Assembly: GCA_963723785.1 (NCBI GenBank)
Contig: CAVRSB010000020.1
Span: 25,543 to 89,542, forward strand
Reading direction: 5' to 3'
DNA: 64,000 nt
DNA from: an uncultured Actinomycetes bacterium
Lineage (GTDB): Bacteria > Actinomycetota > Thermoleophilia > Gaiellales > JAICJC01
Below the pieces are notes generated by a model. The model was not told the DNA's origin, did no database searches, and was given only the letters and a program-made list of their open reading frames with translations. Numbering within the stretch: the first letter of the stretch is position 1; every line of letters starts with the position of its first letter. The position numbers and the translations under genes are program-made. Of this stretch, positions 31,862-40,776 are shown piece by piece.

Positions 31862-32802
31862 CGCGCTGGCGGGACATCGGTGGGCCGGTGGGGTTGTTTC
31901 CGACCGGCGCGCGAAATGCGATCACCGACGTGGCCGGCGTGCGCGTCGGCCACGCCCAGGCCGGCTCGTGGTGAGGCCACCGGCGTGACCGTGGTCGCGC
32001 CCCCGACCGTGCCGGTGCGGGCGGGCACCTCCACCATCAACGGCGTCGGTGAGCTGACCAAGAAGCTCGAGATCGACGAGTGGGGAGTGATCGAGACGCC
32101 GGTCTACCTGTGCGGCACGCACGCCGTCGGCACGGTGTACCAGGCCGCCATCGTGGCGGCCGGTGGTGGGCCTGACAAGACCGTGATCCCGGTGGTGGGG
32201 GAGTGCGACGACAGCGATATGGGCGACGCGCTGACGGTGACCGCGGCGGATGTCCAGGCCGCGATCGCAGACCTGGGGGAGGAGGTCGCCGAGGGCACGG
32301 TCGGCTCCGGCACCGGGATGACCTGCTTCGACTTTGCCGGTGGTATCGGAACAGCCTCGCGGGTGGTCGACGGATACACCGTCGGGGTGCTGCTGATGTG
32401 CAACTTCGGCGATCGCGAGCGGCTCACCGTCGGCGGGTTGAAGTTCGATCCCGCGCCTGGGCCGCCGCCCCCGGAGGGGTCGTGCATCGCCGTCTGCGCG
32501 ACCGACGCGCCGCTGTCGTCGCTCCAGCTCAAGCGACTGTCACTGCGACCGCTGCTGGGGTTGTGCCGGGCGGGGTCGTATGCCTCGCAACGGATCGGGC
32601 GAGATCGCGCTGGCGTTCTCCGTGGCCGCGTCGCAGGACTTCGACAACGAGGAGCTGTCACCGCTGTTCGCGGCTGCCTACGAGGCGGCCGAGGAATCCG
32701 TGTACAACTGCCTGGTCGCGGCCAAGGCGGGAGTGCGCCGCGACGGCCGTCCCCACGAGGCGTTTCCCAAGCATCTGGTACGTCAAAGGAGAGCAGCGAT
32801 GA
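31858..32802 (+). CDS. DmpA/BapA-family aminopeptidase (peptidase S58/P1, Ntn-type); 3 frame changes as assembled
   Basis: The N-terminus is [21 protein letters not shown] (GTG 31858). The family core is ..[23 protein letters not shown]... The gene passes through frames 1>2>0>1. The stop TGA 32800-32802 overlaps the ATG of the next gene (ATGA). Confidence 0.8.
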
Positions 32803-33210
32803 GCGAGGGAATGGTGGTTGAACTGCGCATGCGGCTGTCGGCAGCCGACGCCCACTACGGCGGCAACCTCGTGGACGGCGCTCACGGGCTCGAGATCTTC
32901 GGAGACATCGTCACCGAGCTGGCGGTTCGCACCGACGGCGACGAGGGCCTATTCGCGGGCTACGACCGAGATCGAGTTCCTGGCGCCGATGTACGCGGGC
33001 GACTTCGTGCGGGCCAAGGGCACCATCGTCAAGATGGGCAACACCAGCCGCACGGTCGATCTGGAGCTGTGGAAGGAGATCACTGCCCGAGCGGACGTGA
33101 ACGACTCGGCCGCCGACCTGCTCGAGCCGGCTGTGCTCGTCACCCGCGCCCAGGGCACCTACGTCGTCAAGCGCGAGTATCAGCGCGGCCCCGGCGGCCG
33201 CAGTGAATAA
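32799..33210 (+). CDS. Hotdog-fold protein resembling 3-aminobutyryl-CoA / beta-alanyl-CoA ammonia-lyase family (1 frame change as assembled)
   Basis: AAGGAG lies 6 nt upstream of ATG 32799. The sequence is [62 protein letters not shown]. The family assignment comes from remembered motifs, not a search. The stop TAA 33208-33210 lies inside REP copy 3. Confidence 0.5.
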
Positions 33211-33234
33211 ACGGTGCCAGGCACCGTTATTCAC
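33203..33234. repeat. REP-like palindrome, copy 3 (opposite orientation, one extra A in the left arm)
   Basis: GTGAATAAACGGTGCC-A-GGCACCGTTATTCAC lies between the convergent genes 32799..33210 (+) and 33237..33893 (-). Confidence 0.9.
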
Positions 33235-33236
33235 CT

Positions 33237-33893
33237 CTAGGTGTGGAGTTCGACGGCGGGGAGGGATGCCGCCAAGATCTCGGCCACCTGCTCCTCGGGC
33301 ACCTCGCTGAAGTCCTCGTAGAACTCGCCCACCGCGGCAAATCTCTGGGGTGCGCGCAGCGTGATCAGCCGCTCGCACTCTCGCGCCAGCCGCTCGGCCT
33401 GCGGCCGGGGCAGCACCGGCAGGGCGATCACGATCTGGCGGGCGCCGGCGTTGCGGATGGCGGCCATGGCCGCCCGGATCGATGCGCCGGTGGCGGCACC
33501 GTCGTCGACCAGCACCGCGGTGCGGCCGATCAGCATCATCGGCAAGCCGCCGCGCAGCCGCTCGTCCATCGCCCGGGCCTCGGCGGTGGCTTTGTCGTAG
33601 GCCTCGTCCAGCTGCTCGCGGCTGAGCAGCGACGCCACCCGGCGGTTGGTGAAGCGCTCGCCCATGGGCGCGACGGCGCCCATGGCCAGCTCGGGATACC
33701 CGGGCATCGGCACCTTGCGCACGCACATGACATCCAGTGGAAGATCGAGCAACCGTGACATCTCGGCGGCGACCTCGACTCCCCCTCGCGCGAGCCCTAT
33801 GACAATTGTGTTGGATTTTCTCCGTAGTTCTGGAGCAGCTGCCGCCAGTGCCGCCCCCGACTGGGTGCGATCGCGGAACATGATCGCGATCAT
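33237..33893 (-). CDS. Phosphoribosyltransferase-family protein
   Basis: This is an intact 218-aa ORF. The PRPP-binding loop is VLVDDGAATGASIRAA. Confidence 0.75.
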   Translation of the reverse strand: MIAIMFRDRTQSGAALAAAAPELRRKSNTIVIGLARGGVEVAAEMSRLLDLPLDVMCVRKVPMPGYPELAMGAVAPMGERFTNRRVASLLSREQLDEAYDKATAEARAMDERLRGGLPMMLIGRTAVLVDDGAATGASIRAAMAAIRNAGARQIVIALPVLPRPQAERLARECERLITLRAPQRFAAVGEFYEDFSEVPEEQVAEILAASLPAVELHT

Positions 33894-33973
33894 GCCTTAC
33901 CGGGGCAGTGAGGGTCAAGTACCCAGCCAAGGTTTTACTGAAGCCGGACAATTGGATGCGATTCGAGTGGTGT

Positions 33974-33982
33974 TGCTATACT
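33974..33982 (+). promoter_or_regulatory. Candidate extended -10 promoter element (TGCTATACT) for the infC-rpmI-rplT operon
   Basis: It is the only AT-rich hexamer of this quality in the 280-bp gap upstream of infC. It would give a ~190-nt leader. There is no experimental support. Confidence 0.3.
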
Positions 33983-34172
33983 GCCCGGCGGCCAAGCAGG
34001 GGTGATTTTTGACCCCTCACCCGTCCCCGGCGTTTCGGTGTGGTGGGTTCAATCGGGAGATTGAGCTACGTGTCCACGATCGTGGGCGCGTGAAGTGGGT
34101 GCCGAGTGGCGCCCATTTTGTCGTTGACGAGAGGGGATTCCATTTGAGCATGATCGTGACTAGGCAAGCGTT

Positions 34173-34928
34173 TTGAGGCCCCGACGCCAGGTTGACCAAC
34201 GGCCGCAGGAGCCGACCACCCGCATCAACGAGGCGATCCGCGTACCGCAGGTGCGGCTCGTGGATCAGGACGGCTCACAGATCGGGATCAAACGCACCGA
34301 AGACGCTCTCAAGTATGCGTGGGACAAGAACCTCGACCTGGTCGAGGTCGCCGCGGAGGCGCGCCCGCCCGTCTGCCGGGTAATGGATTACTCCAAATAC
34401 CGGTACGAGCAGGAGCAGAAGGCCAAGCTCGCACGCAAGCATCAGTCAACGATCACGATCAAAGAGATCAAGTTCCGTCCCAAGATCGGCGTCGCCGACT
34501 ACGAGACCAAGAAGGGCCACGTCCGCCGGTTTCTCCAAAACCGGGACAAGGTCAAAGTGACCATCATGTTCCGCGGCCGGGAGATGACACACCCCGAACG
34601 CGGACGCACGTTGCTTCTCAGGCTCGCCGAAGACGTCAAGGACATTGCGGTGATCGAATCGTCGCCGCTGCAGGACGGTCGGAACATGGTCATGCTGCTG
34701 GGCCCGTCGAAGGCGGTGCTGGCACCGACGGCCGCCGAGACAGAGGCGGCCGACGCGGCTGCTGCGGCCACCGCGGCTGACGCGGCCAGTGCAGCTGAGG
34801 TTGACGAGGCCACGACCGCTGAGGCGGCCACCGGCGACAGCGACGCAGCTGCCGACACCGAAGCCCAGCCGGCCGACCCGCCCGCGAGCGAGGAACCGGA
34901 ACCGGCACCGAGTACCGAAGCAACATAA
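34173..34928 (+). CDS. infC: Translation initiation factor IF-3 with ~70-aa Ala/Asp/Glu-rich C-terminal tail; start codon ambiguous
   Basis: The IF-3 N and C domains are recognisable ([22 protein letters not shown].., ..[23 protein letters not shown]). The frame opens directly after a stop at 34170-34172. Candidate starts are TTG 34173 or an internal non-canonical codon. Confidence 0.88.
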   Translation: MRPRRQVDQRPQEPTTRINEAIRVPQVRLVDQDGSQIGIKRTEDALKYAWDKNLDLVEVAAEARPPVCRVMDYSKYRYEQEQKAKLARKHQSTITIKEIKFRPKIGVADYETKKGHVRRFLQNRDKVKVTIMFRGREMTHPERGRTLLLRLAEDVKDIAVIESSPLQDGRNMVMLLGPSKAVLAPTAAETEAADAAAAATAADAASAAEVDEATTAEAATGDSDAAADTEAQPADPPASEEPEPAPSTEAT

Positions 34929-34942
34929 GAGGAGACAGCGGG

Positions 34943-35140
34943 ATGCCGAAGGTCAGGACATCATCGGGGGCAAAAAAGCGACTGAGGGTCACGGGCACCG
35001 GCAAGGTGATGCGCCGGCGCGCGTTCAAGTCGCACCTGCTCGAACACAAGAGCCCCAAGCGGCTTCGTAAGAAGCGCCGCGACACTGGTGTGGCGGCCGC
35101 CGACAACCGTGAGGCGCTGCGCCTCCTGGGTAAGCGATAA
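34943..35140 (+). CDS. rpmI: 50S ribosomal protein L35
   Basis: [33 protein letters not shown].. is the canonical L35 sequence. Confidence 0.93.
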   Translation: MPKVRTSSGAKKRLRVTGTGKVMRRRAFKSHLLEHKSPKRLRKKRRDTGVAAADNREALRLLGKR

Positions 35141-35161
35141 CGTCCAAAGGAGGTGGTGGAG

Positions 35162-35524
35162 ATGGCTCGCGTCAAGCGCAGCGTCAACGCCAAGAAGAAG
35201 CGTCGAGAGGTGCTCGAGGCAGCAAAAGGCTACCGCGGCATCAAGAAGAACACCTACCGCCACGCCAAAGAGCAGGTCATGCGGTCGCTGTCGTACCAGT
35301 ACCGCGATCGTCGTACCCGCAAGCGCGATTTCCGGCGGCTGTGGATCATCCGCATCAATGCTGCCGCCCGGCAGAACGGGCTGTCCTACAACCAGTTCAT
35401 GCACGGCCTCAAGCTGGCTGACATCACGCTCGATCGCAAGGTGCTGGCTGACCTCGCCGTTACCGATCCCAAGGCCTTCGGCGTGATCGCCGAAGCAGCC
35501 AAATCGGCGTTGGCCACCCCGTAG
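35162..35524 (+). CDS. rplT: 50S ribosomal protein L20
   Basis: [26 protein letters not shown].. is the canonical L20 sequence. ATG 35162 lies inside ORF 35153..35524. Confidence 0.93.
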   Translation: MARVKRSVNAKKKRREVLEAAKGYRGIKKNTYRHAKEQVMRSLSYQYRDRRTRKRDFRRLWIIRINAAARQNGLSYNQFMHGLKLADITLDRKVLADLAVTDPKAFGVIAEAAKSALATP

Positions 35525-35538
35525 CCTCTCGCCCAACG

Positions 35539-36353
35539 GTGGCTGCGGCACCGATCACATCGCGCACTAACCCACGCGTGAAAAACGCGCGGCGGCTGCA
35601 TCTCAAAAAGCACCGCGTCACCACCGGTCTGTTCCTGGCCGAGGGTGAGGACCTGGTGTCGGAGGCGCTCGCCGCCGCGATCCTGCCGGTGGAGACGTTC
35701 GTGTCGAGCGATCGACCGCCCCCCGACGAGCCTGGTGGCGAGGCTGACGCGCGGCGGGCCGGTGCATTCGCTGACCGACGCGGTGATGGCCGACCTCAGC
35801 GAGCTGGGTCACCCCGCCGCGGGTGATCTCGGTGTTCAACGCCGACTCGTTGCCGAACCCGCCTCAGTCACCGACGGTGGCGGTGTACCTGCACCGGATG
35901 AGCGACCCGGGGAACGTGGGCACGGTGATCCGCGCGGTCGCCACGCTGGGCGGTTCGCTGGTGGGCCTGTCCCAGGGTTGCGCCGATCCATTGGCCGGGA
36001 AGAGCGTCCGCGCGTCCATGGGTGCGCTGTTCCACGTGCCGCTGGAGATCGGCGCGCGGCTTCCCACGCAGGGCCGCACGTTGGCGCTGACCACGACTGC
36101 CGAGACGCTGATCTGGGACGTCGATCTGACCGAGCCGGTGACGCTGGTGGTGGGTGCCGAGCGCGACGGCCTGCCCTACGAGATCGTGGCGGCGTGCAGC
36201 GGCGCGGTGTCGATTCCGCAGACCGCGTACGCCGACTCGCTGAACGCGGCCTCAGCGGCCACGGTCGCGCTGTATGAGATCTCGCGTCAACGTGCGATCC
36301 AGACCGAATCGGCGTCATCGTCCGCCGGCGGTCGCAAGTCGAACCAGCCGTAG
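35539..36353 (+). CDS. TrmH/SpoU-family RNA 2'-O-methyltransferase (2 frame changes as assembled)
   Basis: The N-terminus is SRTNPRVKNARRLHLKK..GLFLAEGEDLV. SpoU motifs are present: DPGNVGTVIRAVATLG, LVVGAERDGL and IPQTAYADSLNAASAATVALYE. Breaks occur at ~35730 and ~35825. Confidence 0.82.
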
Positions 36354-37023
36354 TGCGTCAGCTCGCGGAATCCGGCTTCGGCCAATAGTCGGCGCCAGTC
36401 GTCGGCGGTCGCCCAGTGAAGCTGCATCACGGCCTCCCGGTCACCGCTGGTGACGGTCAGCTCGAGCGATCGCGTGTCGGCGTCCCAACGGGCGCGTTCG
36501 AAGATCCCGGGCTCACGTTCGAGCGTCCGGTCGTGGGTCTCCTGAATGTCCAGCGGGATGAGGGTGAAACACGTCGAACGCGAGTGTTCCGCCGGGGGTC
36601 AGCAGCGCTCGGATGTCTGTGAGCACCTGCAATCGCTCGGCATCGCTCGCCCAGGTGCAGAAATGCTCGGAAGGGGACGATCACCAGCGGGAATCGGCCC
36701 AGATCGGGGATCGCGCGCATGTCGGCCTCGACCAGTCGCAGGTCGAGGTGGTGCGGTTCGGCCTTGGCTTCGGCGCGGGCGAGCATGACCGTTGAGGTGT
36801 CGATTCCGACCACCGCGGTGCCGGTGAGCGCAACCGGGATCGCCACCCGGCCCGAGCCCACACCGATCTCGAGCACGGGACCGCCGCAGTCGATCGCAAG
36901 CCCGACGTAGAAGGCGATGTCCTCGGTCACCGACAGGCACCACCGGTCGTAGGTCTCGCCGAGCACGTCGTAGGCGTCAGGGTGGGCCACCGCCACCGTT
37001 ACACTACTGCGCTCAATGGACAT
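36287..37023 (-). CDS. Class I SAM-dependent methyltransferase (2 frame changes as assembled)
   Basis: Motif I is VLEIGVGSGRVAIPVA. It is followed by ..VGIDTS..ML and LRLVEADMRA..FPLVIVPFRAF. The C-terminus, reconstructed through two frames, is ..LTPGGTLAFDVFHP..WDADTRSLELTVTSGDREAVMQLHWATADDWRRLLAEAGF.. and ends at the stop 36287-36289. It overlaps the 3' end of the TrmH-like gene by 67 bp. Confidence 0.7.
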
Positions 37024-38041
37024 CGATGCGCTTCTCACAGACGGTTTGGCGCGGGTTGCGGCCGCCGAGACCTCCGCGCAGCTGGAGGATGTGCGCGTCG
37101 AGCTGGTCGGTCGACGGGCGCCGGTCGTACTCGCGCTGCGTGAGATGGGCTCGCTGCCGCCGGATCAGCGGCGCGAGCGAGGAGCGGCGCTGAACCAGGC
37201 CCGTAAGGCGCTGGAACAGGCGATCGAGCAGCGTTCGACCGCGATGCACTCCTCGGAGCTCGATGAGCTGCTGCGGCGAGACCGGGTCGACGTCACACTG
37301 CCCGGGCGCGGCCGGCCACGCGGCTTCACGCACCTGATCGAGGAGACCCGGCGCGAGATCCTGGACGTGTTCGTGGGCCTCGGCTACACCGTCGTGGACG
37401 GGCCCGAGGTGGAGACCACACATCACAGCTTCGATGCTCTGAACACGCCTGCCACCCACCCCTCGCGGCAGTACACCGACACGTACTACATCGAGGGAGG
37501 GGCGGTGCTGCGCCCGCACACGTCGCCGGTGCAGATCCGCCAGATGGAGGTGCAGCCGCCGCCGATCTACATCGTCACCGGCGGGCGCTGTTACCGGCGT
37601 GACACGCCTGACCCCACGCACACCCCGATGTTCACGCAGATCGAAGGCCTGGCGGTCGACCACGGACTGACCCTGGCACATCTCAAAGGCACGCTGCTGG
37701 CCTTTGCCCGGGCGATCTTCGGCGACGACCGGGAGGTGCGGCTGCGACCGCATTTCTTCCCCTTCACCGAGCCGTCGGTGGAAGTCGACATCTCTTGCTT
37801 CAACTGCGCCCGCGACGGTTCCCCGTGCAGGGTATGCCGAGCCGAGGGCTGGGTCGAGATCCTGGGCGCGGGGATGGTCGACCCGGCGTTGTACGGCTTC
37901 GCCGACGGCTATGACCCGGACTCCCACACAGGGTTCGCCTGGGGGATGGGGATCGAGCGCGTGGCGGCGATGCGCCACGACATCCCCGACATCCGGTTGC
38001 TGTGGGAGAACGACCTGAGGTTCATGGAGCAGTACGGATGA
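37016..38041 (+). CDS. pheS: Phenylalanine--tRNA ligase alpha subunit
   Basis: This is an intact 341-aa ORF. Class II motifs are present: ..FFPFTEPSVEVD.., GWVEILGAGMV and AWGMGIERVAM. Confidence 0.93.
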   Translation: MDIDALLTDGLARVAAAETSAQLEDVRVELVGRRAPVVLALREMGSLPPDQRRERGAALNQARKALEQAIEQRSTAMHSSELDELLRRDRVDVTLPGRGRPRGFTHLIEETRREILDVFVGLGYTVVDGPEVETTHHSFDALNTPATHPSRQYTDTYYIEGGAVLRPHTSPVQIRQMEVQPPPIYIVTGGRCYRRDTPDPTHTPMFTQIEGLAVDHGLTLAHLKGTLLAFARAIFGDDREVRLRPHFFPFTEPSVEVDISCFNCARDGSPCRVCRAEGWVEILGAGMVDPALYGFADGYDPDSHTGFAWGMGIERVAAMRHDIPDIRLLWENDLRFMEQYG

Positions 38042-40396
38042 AGGTGCCCGTCTCCTGGCTGCGCGACTTCGTGCAGTTCGACCTGCCCGTGCCGGAGCTG
38101 GCCGAGCTGATGTCGATGACCGGCACCAAGGTCGAGGCGGTGCATCGTCGCGGCGTGCCTGAGGGCCTCGAGTTCTACCGCGTGGGCAAGGTGCTGACCC
38201 GTGATCGCCACCCCGACGCCGATCGGCTGTCGCTGTGCACGGTGGACGTGGGCGAGTCCGATCCTCGCCAGATCGTGTGTGGTGCGACCAACTTCACTGC
38301 CGGTGACACCGTTGCGGTCGCGCTGCCGGGGGCGGTGCTGCCGGACGGCACGGTGCTGCGCAAGGCCAAACTGCGCGGGCAGGTGTCCGACGGGATGATG
38401 CTGTCGGAGCGCGAGCTGGAGCTCTCCAACGAGCACGACGGCATCATGCGGCTGCCCGCCGACTGGGCGGTCGGCGACCCGCTGGTCGAGCATCTGGCGA
38501 TCACCGACGATGTGATCGAGTTCGAGATCACCTCGAACCGCCCCGACTGTCAGAACGTGTACGGGATCGCCCGCGAGGTCTCGGCCGTGCTCGACACCGA
38601 CCTGGCGCCGTGGCCCGGCAACGATCCCACGCCCGACCGGGACAGGCTCGATCGAGGACTACGTGACCGCCCGCGTGGATGCTCCCGACCTGTGTCCGCG
38701 CTGGGCCGCTCGGTTGTTCACCGACGTCAAAGTGGGCCCTTCGCCGGAGTGGCTCAAGGCCCGCATCACGGCCGCCGGGATGCGGCCGATCTCAAACGTG
38801 GTGGACATCACCAACTACGTGATGCTGTGCGTGGGCGAGCCGACCCACGCGTTCGATCTGGAGAAGGTGACCGGCCGGGAGATCATCGTGCGACGGGCCA
38901 CCGACGGCGAGCCGGTCACGACTCTGGACGGCCAGAACCGTACGCTGGATACCGATGTGCTCGTGATCGGCGATGCCGAGAAGCCGTCGGCGATCGGCGG
39001 GCTGATGGGCTCGGAGTGGAGTGAGGTGACCGATCAGACCACCACCGTCCTGATGGAGTGCGCCAACTTCGACGGGTACTCGATTCAGTCGTCTTCAGTG
39101 CGGCTGGGTCTTCGCACCGAGGGCTCCAGCCGATGGGAGAAGGGACTTGACCCGCACCTGCCGCCGCGGGCGCTGGCGCTGGCCTCCCAGCTGATGGTGG
39201 AGCTGGCCGGTGCCACCCTGGTGCCGGGCACGATCGACATTCACGGCGAGCTGCCACAGCCGCCGGTGCTGCCGCTGCGGCCCGAACGGCTGGAGCAGGT
39301 GATCGGTGTGAGCTACACCGATGCGCAGATCGACCGGGTGCTGACGCGGCTGGGCTACACGGCCGTCGAGGGCGGCTGGCAGGTGCCCACCTGGCGTGCG
39401 GCGGACACCACCCGGGAGATCGATCTGGTGGAGGAGGTGGCGCGCGTGGTGGGGCTGGAATCTGTCCCCAGCGCACTGCCGCCACATGCCGACGCGATCG
39501 GCCGCTGGGGATCGGACGAGCAGTTCCGCCGGCGGCTGGTGGAGGTGCTCGGCGGAGCGGGCCTGTCGGAGTCGGTGACGGTCGCGTTCTGGGACGACGG
39601 CATGCCCGAGCGGCTGCGCCTGCCCGAGGATCATCCCGCGCGGCGGGCAGTGCGCGTGGTCAACCCGATGAGCGCCGACCAGACGCATCTGCGCACGCTC
39701 GTGTTCCCCGGCCTTTTGCTCGCGTCGCTGGCACGAAACCTGAGTGTGGGCGCGGAGGTCGTGGAGCTGTTCGAGCTGGCTCGGGTGGCGCTGCCGGCCG
39801 ACGCTCCGATTCCCGATCAGCCGCAGCGGATCGCTGGGGTCATGACCGGGCCCGGCACCGGCTTTGCCGAGCTGAAGGGCGTGGTCGAGACGCTCTACAC
39901 CGCGCTTCACCTCGACCTTGACGTGGCCCGGTCAACCCAACCGTTCCTGCACCCTGGAAGGTCGGCCGAGACGGCGGCGGGCTTCCTGGGTGAGCTGCAC
40001 CCGCTGGTGGCCGAGGGCTTCGGCATCGAGGTGCCGGTGATGGTCTTCGAGCTGGATGTCCGAACGCTGGCGGAAGCCCGTCCCGCGTTGGTCATGCACC
40101 GCGACGTGACCAGCTTCCCGGCTCTGCGCCAGGACATCGCCGTGGTGGTCTCGGACGAGGTCGCCGCCGGGGCCGTGGTCGCTGCGGCTCGCGCCGCCGG
40201 GGGGCCACTACTTTCGCGGGTGGAGGTATTCGACGTCTACCGCGGCGACCAGGTGGGCGCGGGCAAGGTCAGCCTGGCGCTGCATCTCGTGTTCCAGGCG
40301 CCCGATCGCACGCTCACCGACGCCGAGGCAGATCAGGCCCGCGCCGACATCGTGGCGAACCTCAAAGCGACGTTCGGAGCCGAGCTACGCGGGTGA
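38038..40396 (+). CDS. pheT: Phenylalanine--tRNA ligase beta subunit (1 frame change as assembled)
   Basis: An ATGA overlap links it with pheS. The tRNA-binding OB domain (MKVPVSWLRDF..), B3/4, B5 and FDX-ACB domains are present. The break is at ~38640. The stop TGA 40394-40396 lies inside REP copy 4. Confidence 0.92.
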
Positions 40397-40425
40397 ATAA
40401 TTGGTGCCAGGCACCAATTATTCAG
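40393..40425. repeat. REP-like palindrome, copy 4 (ATTGG variant, A centre)
   Basis: GTGAATAATTGGTGCC-A-GGCACCAATTATTCA(G). The left arm supplies the pheT stop (TGA). The right arm supplies the stop of the convergent gene 40422..40748 (TCA on the plus strand). Confidence 0.9.
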
Positions 40426-40748
40426 ACGACGCCTTGGGTGTGGACGGGCCGGATGTCCGACACGCGGCGGGTGAGCTTGAGGGTGCCGACCACGCCGACG
40501 GTGTCCAGGGTGCCGAGGCGCTTGCGACACAGCTCGGGAGCGGATCCGTAGCCGAAGATTCGGGCCGCCCGGAAGCGGAACACGCCGCTGCGCCAGTCGA
40601 CTTCGTGCCAAGGGTTAAGCGGGCTGAGCGCCAGCGCGGTCTCCTCCGACTGGGCCGCGTCTCGCAGATCCAGCTGCAGGTACATGCTCGACCAGTCGTC
40701 CGGCTGGCGGGCGACGATCGCGTCCCATTGCTCGGTCAGGGATGCCAT
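40422..40748 (-). CDS. Hypothetical protein (108 aa)
   Basis: This is an intact ORF. No motif is recognised. It sits immediately downstream of the CopC-CopD gene on the same strand. Confidence 0.5.
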   Translation of the reverse strand: MASLTEQWDAIVARQPDDWSSMYLQLDLRDAAQSEETALALSPLNPWHEVDWRSGVFRFRAARIFGYGSAPELCRKRLGTLDTVGVVGTLKLTRRVSDIRPVHTQGVV

Positions 40749-40776
40749 GCTGGCGAAATCGTACCCGCAGCCGCGG

